A DNA stretch of 32,359 nucleotides from Candidatus Omnitrophota bacterium (GTDB lineage Bacteria > Omnitrophota > Gorgyraeia > JABMRN01 > RBG-13-46-9). The position numbers and the translations under genes are program-made. The stretch covers positions 1-32,359 of the forward strand of contig JADHYL010000001.1 of the NCBI GenBank assembly GCA_016782495.1, given 5' to 3'. The notes under the pieces are model-generated. The model made no database searches, was not told the DNA's origin, and saw only the letters and a list, made by a program, of their open reading frames with translations. Below, piece after piece: positions 14,695-24,626 of this stretch. Each line of letters starts with the position of its first letter. Position 1 is the first letter of the stretch.

Positions 14695-14940
14695 CTATTT
14701 TTTAATTCCCTGTCTCTTCATAAGGCTTTTGACCGTAACAGAAGGCGTAGCACCGTTTTTCAGCCAGTAAAGAGCCCTCTCCTTATCAATATTCACGACC
14801 GCGGGGTTCTTTTTGGGATCATAATACCCGATTTCCTCTATGAAGCGGCCGTCTCTTGAGCGGGTTTTCTCCGTTGCCACGATCCTGTAAAACGGCTTTT
14901 TGTTTGCGCCCATCCTTTTTAATCTCAATACAACTGCCAT
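14695..14940 (-). CDS. rpsP: 30S ribosomal protein S16
   Basis: [22 protein letters not shown]...GYYDP. 81 aa. Confidence 0.95.
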   Translation of the reverse strand: MAVVLRLKRMGANKKPFYRIVATEKTRSRDGRFIEEIGYYDPKKNPAVVNIDKERALYWLKNGATPSVTVKSLMKRQGIKK

Positions 14941-15013
14941 AGCACTCTCCTTTACCTCTCACACCAATTGTGTGGTTACCAAAATATCACCTCTAATTGG
15001 CGTGGGGTTATCT

Positions 15014-16279
15014 TTATTCTTGCTCTCTCCAAATCCGTGCGCCTACACGCGAAAGTTTTTTGTCCAGATTCTCGTATCCACGGTCTAGGTGGTATATTCT
15101 GTGGACCTCGGTCTTGTCCTTTGCGACCAGGCCCGCCAGCACAAGCGCCGCAGATGCCCTAAGGTCTGAAGCCATGACATCCGCACCGTTTAGATTCTTC
15201 ACGCCTTTTATTATGGCGTTTGGTCCTTCAAGTAAAATATGTGCTCCCATGCGGCTCAACTCGCTGATATGTATGAATCGTTCCGGATAAATTTTTTCGG
15301 TTATTACGCTTATCCCATCGGCCAAACATAAAAGACTCATCATCTGCGCCTGCATGTCAGTCGGAAAACCGGGGTACGGCAATGTTGTAATCGTTGTTGG
15401 TTTCACTGCCTGCTTTGGGTTTCTCTTTACCGCAACACCGTCTTCCCGCTCGGTGATTTTAACTCCACATTCCCGTAATTTGTCGACAACGGCAAAAAGA
15501 TGCGCCAGCTTTGCGTTCTTAAGGAAAAGTTCACCCCCTGTAATGGCGCTTGCCAGCATATATGTACCTGTCTCGACGCGGTCAGGTACGATAGCATGTC
15601 TGGTGCCGTGAAGTTTTTTCACTCCCTTGATCCGCATGGTCGGTGTCGAATGGCCCTCGATTTTTGCCCCCATGGAGATCAGGAAATTCGCAAGGTCTAC
15701 CGTTTCTGGTTCGCAAGCGGCGTTTTCGATAATCGTTGTACCCTCCGCCAGCGTAGCTGCCATCATCGTGTTGGCTGTGGCCAAAACGCTGGAGCCAAAG
15801 TGCCCACCGAGGTAAATCTTGGCGCCTTTCAGCTTTCGCGTCCTTGCGAGTATATAGCCGGATTTTATTTTTATCTCAGAGCCCAGTCTTTCCAGACCTT
15901 TAAGATGGAGATCGATAGGCCGCGGTCCGATAACGCAACCCCCGGGGAATGATACCTCCGCATATTTCTTTTTTGCCAGAAGCGGTCCCAATACGCAAAC
16001 CGACGCCCGCATTGTGCTCACGAGATCATAAGGGGCTTTGACCTTTTTGCACTTTCCGCTGATAATGAGAGTGCCCTTTTTTTTCTCTACTTTTGTTTCG
16101 AGGGCGCGCAAAATTTTTATCATCGTGTCAACATCTTTTAATAACGGGACATTGTTTATGACACAGGTATCGTCCGTTAATAACGACGCTGCCATTATCG
16201 GAAGCGCGGAGTTTTTCGCCCCGCTTATATTAACCACGCCTTTAAGGCGCCTGCCGCCTTCTATGACTAATTTGTCCAT
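15014..16279 (-). CDS. murA: UDP-N-acetylglucosamine 1-carboxyvinyltransferase
   Basis: ISGAKNSALPIMAASLL and the catalytic Cys context FPGGCVIGPRPIDLH. 421 aa. Confidence 0.96.
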   Translation of the reverse strand: MDKLVIEGGRRLKGVVNISGAKNSALPIMAASLLTDDTCVINNVPLLKDVDTMIKILRALETKVEKKKGTLIISGKCKKVKAPYDLVSTMRASVCVLGPLLAKKKYAEVSFPGGCVIGPRPIDLHLKGLERLGSEIKIKSGYILARTRKLKGAKIYLGGHFGSSVLATANTMMAATLAEGTTIIENAACEPETVDLANFLISMGAKIEGHSTPTMRIKGVKKLHGTRHAIVPDRVETGTYMLASAITGGELFLKNAKLAHLFAVVDKLRECGVKITEREDGVAVKRNPKQAVKPTTITTLPYPGFPTDMQAQMMSLLCLADGISVITEKIYPERFIHISELSRMGAHILLEGPNAIIKGVKNLNGADVMASDLRASAALVLAGLVAKDKTEVHRIYHLDRGYENLDKKLSRVGARIWREQE

Positions 16280-16925
16280 CTTTTTTTGCTTTTACAATCC
16301 TGTCTATGCCACAATAATCTTTATAAATCTCCACACCGCAAAATGCGCCACCTGAGGCGAACATCGATTTTACTTCTTCGGCCTGACCGCACCCTATTTC
16401 CATCAATAAAAGTCCTTCACTTTTCAGATAATTTCCGGCTTCACGGCTAATTCTTCGATAGAAATCCAGGCCGTCCCTTCCGCCGTAAAGCGCAATGCGC
16501 GGATCGTTTTTTACAACCGCGGGAAGCAACGAAAATTCGTCACGTGAAATATAAGGAGGATTTGAAATTATTAAATCAAAGAAGCACCTGTATTTCGTCT
16601 TTAGGTTTTTAAAAAGATCACTCCTTATGAACTCGATTCTTTTTTCTACCCCGTATTTTGCGGCGTTCCGAGAAGCAATCCGGAGTACCGTATCGGAAAT
16701 ATCTAAAGCGACCATTCTACTCGAAGGTACATATTTTGTCAAACTTATTGCGATATTTCCGGAGCCCGTGCCAATATCCAGTATGTTGCAAGGGGTATTA
16801 ACTTTTCGGTGCCGAGAAAGAAGTTCAATAGCTTTTTCAACTAAAATTTCGGTTTCGGGCCGCGGATAAAAAGTAACATTTTCGGTTCCCAGTTCAAAAT
16901 CCATGAAAGGCGCTGCCTTTTTCAT
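16242..16925 (-). CDS. prmC: Release-factor glutamine N5-methyltransferase (PrmC/HemK), short form
   Basis: [14 protein letters not shown] motif and IISNPPYI catalytic motif. ATGA overlap with the prfA stop. Only ~6 residues precede the ...YPRPETE segment. Confidence 0.8.
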   Translation of the reverse strand: MKKAAPFMDFELGTENVTFYPRPETEILVEKAIELLSRHRKVNTPCNILDIGTGSGNIAISLTKYVPSSRMVALDISDTVLRIASRNAAKYGVEKRIEFIRSDLFKNLKTKYRCFFDLIISNPPYISRDEFSLLPAVVKNDPRIALYGGRDGLDFYRRISREAGNYLKSEGLLLMEIGCGQAEEVKSMFASGGAFCGVEIYKDYCGIDRIVKAKKDGQISHRRRQAP

Positions 16926-17983
16926 TTCATCCTCGACTTTTTATCCGCTTCTTTAAGTGCATCAATAATCTCGTCCAGGTCACCATTCAGAACATCTTCC
17001 AACGCGTGTGTTGTAAAACCGATCCTGTGATCGGTGACGCGACTATCAGGAAAATTATAAGTCCTTATTTTTTCGGAGCGATCGCCTGAACCGATCTGGA
17101 TTTTTCTATTTTGCGATATCTTCTTTTGCTGTTCCTGTTTAATCTTGTCAAAAAGACGGGCTCTCAACACCCTTAAGGCCTTTGCCTTATTTTTATGCTG
17201 CGACCTCTCATCCTGACAGCTGACGACAAGCCCGGTCGCAAGATGGGTTATTCTAACGGCGGAGTCCGTGACATTTACGTGCTGGCCGCCTCTGCCGCCT
17301 GCTCGGAAGACGTCGATCTTCAAATCCTGCGGTTTTATTTCGACATCGACCTCTTCCGCTTCCGGCAGCACTGCGACTGTTGCCGCGGAGGTATGAATCC
17401 TGCCGCTTGATTCCGTAGCGGGAACGCGCTGCACCCGGTGGGTGCCGCTTTCATATTTCAGCCTGCCATATACCCCTTCCCCTGAAACCGAAAAAACAAC
17501 CTCTTTAAATCCCCCTTTTTCCGTGAGGCTACTGGAAATTATTTCAGTCTTCCAGTTCCGCTTTACGGAGTACTTGGAGTACATTCGGAATAAACCCTGC
17601 GCAAAAAGAGCCGCTTCAATCCCACCGGTTCCCTGACGGATCTCCATGATGGCATCCTTATCTCGGTCCTCGTCTTTTTCAAACAAAAGTTCCTCCAGTC
17701 CTTTTACAAGAGCCTCTTTCTTATGCTTCTCTTCGCGCAGTTCCTCTTCTGCAAGCTTCAGAAATTCCTCCTCGTTATGTTTTTCCTTTATGACGCCTTC
17801 AAGCGAAGATATCTCTTCCGAGACACGCTTGTATTCGTCGTACTTGGAAACGATTTTCTGCAAAGATGCAAGCTCCTTGGCATACCGTTTATACTCTCGG
17901 GGGTTGGAGATAACTTTTGGGTCGGCAACCAGGCCTTGAAGTTTGTTAAATCTTCGTAATTTCTCTTCCAGTTTTTCAAACAT
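16922..17983 (-). CDS. prfA: Peptide chain release factor 1
   Basis: [21 protein letters not shown] (GGQ motif); RVPATE, a PxT-type tripeptide region. 353 aa. Confidence 0.97.
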   Translation of the reverse strand: MFEKLEEKLRRFNKLQGLVADPKVISNPREYKRYAKELASLQKIVSKYDEYKRVSEEISSLEGVIKEKHNEEEFLKLAEEELREEKHKKEALVKGLEELLFEKDEDRDKDAIMEIRQGTGGIEAALFAQGLFRMYSKYSVKRNWKTEIISSSLTEKGGFKEVVFSVSGEGVYGRLKYESGTHRVQRVPATESSGRIHTSAATVAVLPEAEEVDVEIKPQDLKIDVFRAGGRGGQHVNVTDSAVRITHLATGLVVSCQDERSQHKNKAKALRVLRARLFDKIKQEQQKKISQNRKIQIGSGDRSEKIRTYNFPDSRVTDHRIGFTTHALEDVLNGDLDEIIDALKEADKKSRMK

Positions 17984-18266
17984 CTTCTTTCTTTTCCGTC
18001 TGGGGTTTCTTCTCGAGCGGCCCCTCTTCGCTGGGACGCTCTTTTTTCGCCATCTTTTTTGGCTTTTGACGTTTCTCGTATCTCTTTAAAAATTTATCTA
18101 CCCTACCTGCCGAGTCAATGAGTTTCTGCTTTCCCGTGAAAAACGGATGGCACTTCGAGCATATCTCTACGTGGATATTCTGTTTGGTGCTTCGCGTGTG
18201 TACGGTTTCTCCGCAAGCACACACAATCGTGGTTTCCTTGTATTGCGGATGAATCTTTTTTTTCAT
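17976..18266 (-). CDS. rpmE: 50S ribosomal protein L31 with a Lys/Glu-rich C-terminal tail
   Basis: [59 protein letters not shown], followed by a ~30-aa charged extension. Confidence 0.93.
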   Translation of the reverse strand: MKKKIHPQYKETTIVCACGETVHTRSTKQNIHVEICSKCHPFFTGKQKLIDSAGRVDKFLKRYEKRQKPKKMAKKERPSEEGPLEKKPQTEKKEDV

Positions 18267-18277
18267 TCGTACCCTCC

Positions 18278-19534
18278 TTATTTGTTTAGCGTTTTTAGAA
18301 ATTCCTTATTTGATTTTGACTTTTTAAGTTTTTCAATCAAAAGCTCCATGGCTTCTACGGAATTTAGGTCATTAAGGGCTTTTCGCACAAGCCATATCTT
18401 CTTCAGCTCATCGTCTTCCAGAAGAAGTTCTTCTTTGCGGGTATTGGATTTCTTTATGTCGATGGCCGGGTAAATGCGTCTCTGGAAAAGCGCCCTGTCA
18501 AGCTGGATCTCCATATTGCCCGTCCCCTTAAACTCTTCAAATATGACCTCATCCATCCTGGAGCCGGTATCGACAAGCGCCGTGGCCAGGATAGTAAGAG
18601 AACCGCCTTCTTCGATGTTTCGCGCCGCTCCGAAAAACCGTTTTGGCTTATGGAGAGCATTGGAATCGACGCCACCCGAAAGAATTTTTCCTGAATGTGG
18701 CATAGCGGCGTTATAAGCCCTTGCCAGCCGCGTTATGGAATCAAGAAGTATCACGACATCCTTTTTGTGCTCAACCAGCCTCTTTGCTTTCTCCAGGACT
18801 ACTTCTGCGACCTGGATGTGCCGTTCGGCGGGTTCATCAAAGGTCGAGCTTATAACCTCGCCATTTACCGAGCGTATCATATCGGTGACCTCTTCGGGTC
18901 GTTCATCTATCAAGAGGACCATCAAGATGGCATCCGGATAATTTGTAGTGATGCTGTTTGCGAATTTCTGGAGAAGCACTGTTTTCCCGCTATACGGTTG
19001 CGCGACAATCATTCCGCGCTGACCCCTTCCCACCGGCGATAAAAGGTCCATTATTCGCATTGAGATTTCGTCCGCTTTTGTCTCAAGCACATACCTTTCG
19101 TTCGGATAAAGAGGGGTCAGATTATCAAATAAAATCTTGTCTTTTGCGTTTTCCGGATTTTCAAAATTTACCGCTTCTACCTTGAGAAGGGCAAAGTATC
19201 TCTCTCCTTCTTTCGGCGGGCGGATCTGGCCGCTCACCGTATCGCCTGTTCTCAAGCTGAATTTCCGTATCTGTGACGGGGAAATATAAATGTCATCGGG
19301 GCATGGTAGATAATTGTATTTCGGACTTCTCAAAAATCCAAAGCCATCGGGTAAAATCTCCAGCACCCCCTCCCCGAATATCAGCCCCTTTTTCTCCGTT
19401 TTTGCCTGCAGGACTTTAAAAATGAGATCCTGTTTTTTAAGCCCGCTTATGCCGTTAACCTTTAGGTCCTTTGCGACCTTGTTTAACTCGGTCATGTTCA
19501 TCTCTTTTAATTTTTCAATATCAATATTGTCCAT
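18278..19534 (-). CDS. rho: Transcription termination factor Rho
   Basis: N-terminal Rho_N and OB fold ([22 protein letters not shown]), Walker [12 protein letters not shown]. 418 aa. Confidence 0.97.
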   Translation of the reverse strand: MDNIDIEKLKEMNMTELNKVAKDLKVNGISGLKKQDLIFKVLQAKTEKKGLIFGEGVLEILPDGFGFLRSPKYNYLPCPDDIYISPSQIRKFSLRTGDTVSGQIRPPKEGERYFALLKVEAVNFENPENAKDKILFDNLTPLYPNERYVLETKADEISMRIMDLLSPVGRGQRGMIVAQPYSGKTVLLQKFANSITTNYPDAILMVLLIDERPEEVTDMIRSVNGEVISSTFDEPAERHIQVAEVVLEKAKRLVEHKKDVVILLDSITRLARAYNAAMPHSGKILSGGVDSNALHKPKRFFGAARNIEEGGSLTILATALVDTGSRMDEVIFEEFKGTGNMEIQLDRALFQRRIYPAIDIKKSNTRKEELLLEDDELKKIWLVRKALNDLNSVEAMELLIEKLKKSKSNKEFLKTLNK

Positions 19535-19537
19535 GTT

Positions 19538-20116
19538 TTACCTCTCTGAAATTTTTTTCCATATTTTCATTACCTCGCCACACGTATATTTTTTCGAGTG
19601 ATTATTATCTATTACAAAATCGGCATATTCTATCTTCTTCCTGAGTGGCATCTGCTGTCTTCTCCTTCGGCAAACATCGCGTTCTCGGAACCCTCTTCCG
19701 GCAGAACGCCTGACTTGTTTTTTAACGGCGCATTTGACAACTATGATGTAGTCGAAGGATTTGGCAAGACCGGCTTCTATTAACAATGGAACATCTACAA
19801 CCGTAATGCGCTTCTTTGATTTCTTAACCTCACTTTTTATTATCTTTATCACTTTCGGGTGAATGATGCGACAGAGCCTTTTTAGATTGCGTTTATTTTT
19901 AAATGCTATTTTTCCCAGTTTTATTCTATCGATTTTACCGGATTTAAAAACACCACTACCGAAATTTTTTCGTATCAGGCGCTTCGTGTCCCTTTTCTTG
20001 TAAAGCCCGTGGACGATTCTGTCGGCGTCGATAGTATGGGCACCGAGTTTTTTGAAAAACGCTGTTACGGTTGTTTTTCCAGTGCAAAAAGTACCTGTTA
20101 CCCCGATAACCTTCAC
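19538..20116 (-). CDS. coaE: Dephospho-CoA kinase
   Basis: VIGVTGTFCTGKTTV P-loop, DADRIVH, PLLIEAG. 4-nt overlap with the polA stop. Confidence 0.88.
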   Translation of the reverse strand: MKVIGVTGTFCTGKTTVTAFFKKLGAHTIDADRIVHGLYKKRDTKRLIRKNFGSGVFKSGKIDRIKLGKIAFKNKRNLKRLCRIIHPKVIKIIKSEVKKSKKRITVVDVPLLIEAGLAKSFDYIIVVKCAVKKQVRRSAGRGFRERDVCRRRRQQMPLRKKIEYADFVIDNNHSKKYTCGEVMKIWKKISER

Positions 20117-22785
20117 AGCTTGACCCCTTCGGTGTCCAGCCAGTTCTTGCCGGTTTCGAGATCTACCTTAACAGGTACTCTTAGTTTCATGATATTCTCC
20201 ATTCCGTTTTTCACGACCGATGCCACTTTCTTAAGCTCCTTTTTGTCGACCTCGAAAACCAGCTCATCGTGTACCTGCAAAATCATTTTGGCATCAAATT
20301 TCGATAACTCCTTATGTATATTAATCATGGCCATTTTGATAAGATCGGCCGCAGAGCCCTGTATGGGCGTGTTTACAGCGACGCGCTTGGCAAAGTTGCT
20401 TACCGCGGTGTTTGTACTGTTGATTTCCGGTATATAGCGGCGGCGTCCGAGGATCGTGGTTACAAACCCGTTCTTTTTAGCTTCCTCGATTTTTCCTTCC
20501 AGATAATCTTTCACATGCGGGTAACGCTCGAAATACGCGTCGATAAATTTTGCCGATTCCTGGACGTCGATTCCGAGATCGCGCGATAATCCGTAAGCAC
20601 TCATTCCGTATACAATTCCGAAATTCACGGTTTTTGCCGCCTGCCGCATGTTTTCGGTTATATCTTTCTCTTCCAACCCGTATATCAAGGAAGCGGTAAA
20701 ACTATGTATGTCCCTGTCTTCGGTAAAGGCGCTGATTAGGGCTTTATCTCGGGAAAGGTGGGCCAGGATGCGCAGTTCAACTTGCGAATAGTCCGCCGAC
20801 AGGATTAAATGCGATTTTCTCCCTGCTATAAATGCCCTACGGATTTTTCTTCCTATGTCGGTTTTTACAGGAATGTTTTGCAGGTTGGGGTTGCTGGAAG
20901 AAAGCCTGCCGGTAGCAGTTACGGTCTGGTTGAATGACGTGTGTATTCGCCCCGTGCGGGGATTTACAAGTCCAGGCAGGTTATCTACATAGGTTGACTT
21001 AAGTTTGGCGAATTCGCGATAGCGCAGGATTTCTTTTGGAAGTTCTTCTTTTTCCGAGAGGGTTTTCAATACCTCTCCATCCGTTGAAGCCCCTGTCTTC
21101 GTTTTCTTTATGATAGGCATTTTTAATTTTTCAAAAAGGATAACCTGGAGCTGTTTAGGCGAATTTATGTTAAATTTTTCTCCTGCTAGCGAATAAATAT
21201 TTTTCTCACAGGCTTTTATTTCTTTTTCCATCTCCCGTGATAACGTGCTGAGGTATCCGAAATCCACGCTTATGCCGCACGACTCCATGTCGGCTAGGAC
21301 ATCGATAAGAGGTATTTCGACGTTAAAATATAAATCCTCAAGCTTTTTCTCTTTAATTTTCTTTTCAAGAATATCCTTAAGGCTTAATACGATGTCGCTG
21401 TCTTCGCAGCAGTAGCTCGACACCTTTCCAACATCGACCTTGTCCATGGTTATGGCTTTCTTGCCCTTACCTATCAGTTCTTCAATTGAACCCTTTGACC
21501 GTCCCAAATATTCCAACGATATATCGTTCAGATTGTGTTTAGACTTAGAGGGGTTCAACAAGTACGAGGCAACCATTGTGTCAAATTCGATGCCCTTTAG
21601 GGCTACCCCCATATTTTTGAGTATTAAGAGGTCGTATTTAATGTTCTGTCCACTTTTTTTTATCCCGCTATCCTCGAAGACATGCCTTAGCTCGTTTATG
21701 ACGTAATCTTTTGACAAATCTTTAAGTGCATTAAGCGGTACATAGTAAGCATGACCCTCGCGGCAGCAAAACGACAGCCCCACCGCATCTGCCCGCATGG
21801 GATCGTGATGGGTTGTCTCAAAATCGAAAGCAAAGTACTTTACTTTTTTAAGCACCCCCATAAGTTCCGTAAAACCTTTCTTATCATCAACCAGGCGATA
21901 GTTAACATGGGATGCCTTTCTCGGCGCAATGTCTTTCAATAAAGTCCTGAACTCCAGTTCCTTAAAAAGTTCGATGAGAGCCTTCTCGTCCGGCTCTTTG
22001 AGGTTAAGATCCTTTATATCCACCTTAATCGGAACATCCGTTTTTATTGTTACCAGCTCCTTACTCAGGAGAGCCATTTTTTTGGAATCCTCGATTTTTT
22101 TTCTCATCGAGTCGTTTTTTATCTGATGGGTGTTTTCTAGTATTTCTTCGAGACTCTCAAATTTTTTCATGATCTCTATGGCTGTTTTTTCGCCGATGCC
22201 AAGCACCCCTGGAATGTTGTCCGAGGAGTCGCCCATGAGCGCCATGAGGTCTGTCATCTTTGCGGGGCCAACCCCGAATCTTTCCTTTACCTCTTTTTCA
22301 CCGTAAATAACGCCGTCCTTGTGCGGGTTATACACCTTAACGTGCGGACCCACCAGCTGCAATATATCTTTATCGCCTGTAACAATAAAAACATCCATCC
22401 CTTTTGTCTTTGCCTTTTCGGCAAGGGTGGCCAGAACGTCGTCGGCTTCGTATCCCTCCAGTTCGTATATGGGAATGTTGTATGCCGCTACGACCTTCTT
22501 TATGTACGGCATTTGACTCACTAAATCGTCCGGCATCGGCTTTCGCTGGATTTTATATTCTTTAAACTTCTCGTGCCTGAACGTCGGACCCTTCAGATCA
22601 AATGCAACGGCTATCTTGTCGGGCTTTTCATCTTTGATGATTTTTTTGATCATCGCGACAAATCCGTAAATCGCATTTGTGGGTTGTCCTTTCGAGTTTG
22701 ACAGGTACCTTACCGCGTAATAGGCCCTGTAGCAGAACGAATTACCGTCTATTAAAAAAAGTTTTTTATTTGATTTAAGAGACAT
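20113..22785 (-). CDS. polA: DNA polymerase I (5'-3' exonuclease, 3'-5' exonuclease-like and polymerase domains)
   Basis: LIDGNSFCYRAYYA, GDSSDNIPGV, polymerase motif A SADYSQVELRILAH, motif B RQAAKTVNFGIVYG, motif C QVHDELVFE. 890 aa. Confidence 0.97.
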   Translation of the reverse strand: MSLKSNKKLFLIDGNSFCYRAYYAVRYLSNSKGQPTNAIYGFVAMIKKIIKDEKPDKIAVAFDLKGPTFRHEKFKEYKIQRKPMPDDLVSQMPYIKKVVAAYNIPIYELEGYEADDVLATLAEKAKTKGMDVFIVTGDKDILQLVGPHVKVYNPHKDGVIYGEKEVKERFGVGPAKMTDLMALMGDSSDNIPGVLGIGEKTAIEIMKKFESLEEILENTHQIKNDSMRKKIEDSKKMALLSKELVTIKTDVPIKVDIKDLNLKEPDEKALIELFKELEFRTLLKDIAPRKASHVNYRLVDDKKGFTELMGVLKKVKYFAFDFETTHHDPMRADAVGLSFCCREGHAYYVPLNALKDLSKDYVINELRHVFEDSGIKKSGQNIKYDLLILKNMGVALKGIEFDTMVASYLLNPSKSKHNLNDISLEYLGRSKGSIEELIGKGKKAITMDKVDVGKVSSYCCEDSDIVLSLKDILEKKIKEKKLEDLYFNVEIPLIDVLADMESCGISVDFGYLSTLSREMEKEIKACEKNIYSLAGEKFNINSPKQLQVILFEKLKMPIIKKTKTGASTDGEVLKTLSEKEELPKEILRYREFAKLKSTYVDNLPGLVNPRTGRIHTSFNQTVTATGRLSSSNPNLQNIPVKTDIGRKIRRAFIAGRKSHLILSADYSQVELRILAHLSRDKALISAFTEDRDIHSFTASLIYGLEEKDITENMRQAAKTVNFGIVYGMSAYGLSRDLGIDVQESAKFIDAYFERYPHVKDYLEGKIEEAKKNGFVTTILGRRRYIPEINSTNTAVSNFAKRVAVNTPIQGSAADLIKMAMINIHKELSKFDAKMILQVHDELVFEVDKKELKKVASVVKNGMENIMKLRVPVKVDLETGKNWLDTEGVKL

Positions 22786-22863
22786 GGATTAAAACATATG
22801 GTTTGGATTTTCGATTATTTTGCTAGGTTGGATCCTTAAGACTAACATACAGCGTGGACAGTG

Positions 22864-23301
22864 TCAAGATTTTTTTTCTCCTTCCAGCTTGTTAACCAAT
22901 CGGTTTATGGCGCCCGCCACATCGGTCAACTCGTCCCCCTTTCTCAATTTTAATCGCTTGCTATAATCGCCCTCCGCTACACTATCGATAAACTTTATCA
23001 TCCGGTAAATTGGACCGGCAACCTTGTGCGATGCTATGATCCCGATCCCGGTACAAAGGATGGTAACAAATACCATGCTTACGGCAAGCCTGAAATTAAC
23101 GGTTTTAAAAATGTGCACGAGCCTACCTTGCGGATACACATTGGCGAGTTTGTCGCCCAATAATATCCATGAGTTATAGTAGATCGTGTATCCTGTGATT
23201 GCAACGCTTAGCAACATGACGGCTAAAATTAAACCGACATATTTTAACTGAAATTCCTTTCTGACTATATACTGCCTTCTTCTGTAGCGTTTCCTTTCCA
23301 T
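22864..23301 (-). CDS. Membrane protein with two TM helices and a HAMP domain, with no output domain
   Basis: TM1 VGLILAVMLLSVAITGYTIY; TM2 LAVSMVFVTILCTGIGIIAS followed by HKVAGPIYRMIKFIDSVAEGDYSKRLKLRKGDELTDVAGAINRLV (HAMP pattern). The preferred ATG at 23301 has GGAGG 8 nt upstream. The ORF track extends to 23316. Confidence 0.6.
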   Translation of the reverse strand: MERKRYRRRQYIVRKEFQLKYVGLILAVMLLSVAITGYTIYYNSWILLGDKLANVYPQGRLVHIFKTVNFRLAVSMVFVTILCTGIGIIASHKVAGPIYRMIKFIDSVAEGDYSKRLKLRKGDELTDVAGAINRLVNKLEGEKKS

Positions 23302-23303
23302 GC

Positions 23304-24257
23304 CTACTTCCTCCATATGGTCACATTTCTTCGTACGGTAAATGTCATTACATCCTTTTTACCGTCTTTGATCATCTTTATGGCGTCATCAAGAGGCATA
23401 TAGCGAGTTGCAGCGCCGTCTATGGCGATAATCAGGTCGTCTTTCTCGAGCCCTGCTTTTTCGGCCGAGCCACCTTTATTTACGCCGAGGACCGTTAAAC
23501 CGTCTATAAGCATGCCGAGTGCCCCGCCCATAATCTCCTTGTAGTTTCGGCTCGGCGATCGCTCTTTTTTCAACGCTATGCTGCGGTCGATGTTAATTTT
23601 AATCTCACCGGCAGCCTCTTCCAATAAAAGTTGTGCAACCTTGCCTCTTGGCATGTAGCCGGTGAATTTACCCCAGACAGAAATTAAGATGTCATTTTCT
23701 TTTAAACCGGCTGAAGCCGCTGGAGAATCTTTCAACACATCCGTTACGAGAATCTGGTTTCCTTTTTCCGCTAAGCGGATGCCGATATCGCCTGTCAAGC
23801 TCTTTTCGAAATCCTTTTCCTCGCCAGAGGTCTCTGGAGGCCAATTTTCGAATTCCTGCATTCTTGTCACATCGTCCCTTTTCGCCTCTTCTTCCTTGCG
23901 AAAAATATACCCCATCACGTAATTCATTTTCTCACGGGCGGGCGTGTAGTCCGGATTTGCCTTGTGGGCTTTCTCATAATAAAAATAAGCCTTGTCGTAT
24001 TCCCTCCGCGAGGTGTATGCATCACCGAGTTTGACCAGGTTCTGTTCGGGCAAGTCATAGCGAACCTTGCTGACGAGTTCCTTAAAAATAGCCTTCTCGC
24101 CTTTGTAAGTCGACACAACAAGGCGATCGTTGTACTCCTCAACCACGATACCCTTGATTTCTTTCCCGTCTTTTAGAGAAATGGTATCCGCCAAGACTCG
24201 CGTTTCAGCCAGAATAAAAAATAAAAGAATTAAAATTAGTTTGAGTTTTGCTTTCAT
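23304..24257 (-). CDS. Secreted protein with a TPR-like segment and two PDZ domains
   Basis: Signal peptide MKAKLKLILILLFFILAETRVLA. TPR-like LGDAYTSRREYDKAYFYYEKAHKANPDY. Two PDZ-type segments (SPAASAGLKENDILISV and GSAEKAGLEKDDLIIAIDG). Confidence 0.7.
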   Translation of the reverse strand: MKAKLKLILILLFFILAETRVLADTISLKDGKEIKGIVVEEYNDRLVVSTYKGEKAIFKELVSKVRYDLPEQNLVKLGDAYTSRREYDKAYFYYEKAHKANPDYTPAREKMNYVMGYIFRKEEEAKRDDVTRMQEFENWPPETSGEEKDFEKSLTGDIGIRLAEKGNQILVTDVLKDSPAASAGLKENDILISVWGKFTGYMPRGKVAQLLLEEAAGEIKINIDRSIALKKERSPSRNYKEIMGGALGMLIDGLTVLGVNKGGSAEKAGLEKDDLIIAIDGAATRYMPLDDAIKMIKDGKKDVMTFTVRRNVTIWRK

Positions 24258-24267
24258 AGTTTTTGCG

Positions 24268-24615
24268 CTATGGGCGAAATATAATCCACATAATCACGAG
24301 GATGATCGCTCCTGAAATTAGATAAAAGTCGTTAAAATAGAAAAAATCCGAAACCCTGTCGCTAAAGGACTCCGCATACGCAGTTTCCCGACTTCTCTTC
24401 GAGTACTCTTTTTTTGGCCTTTTTGGCAGCCGGGTCGTCGTTTTTGCGGAGAGCTCATTTTTTATGGCTTCGATCTGCTCGCGCCTGAATCTGAGAAACC
24501 GACCGTCAATTTTATAAGCCGGAAGTGCCCCTTTTTCAACCAGCTCTTTTACTCCCTCTTCCGTAATGGCGAGCAAGCTCGACGCCTCTTGTATGGTCAA
24601 GAGCTTCTCTGGCAT
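24268..24615 (-). CDS. Membrane-anchored excisionase-type (HTH_17-like) helix-turn-helix protein
   Basis: The N-terminal LLTIQEASSLLAITEEGVKELVEKGALPAYKIDGRFLRFRREQIEAI matches the MerR/excisionase-type HTH pattern. A basic linker follows, then a C-terminal TM helix LISGAIILVIMWIIF. Confidence 0.55.
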   Translation of the reverse strand: MPEKLLTIQEASSLLAITEEGVKELVEKGALPAYKIDGRFLRFRREQIEAIKNELSAKTTTRLPKRPKKEYSKRSRETAYAESFSDRVSDFFYFNDFYLISGAIILVIMWIIFRP

Positions 24616-24626
24616 TTTTTATGATC

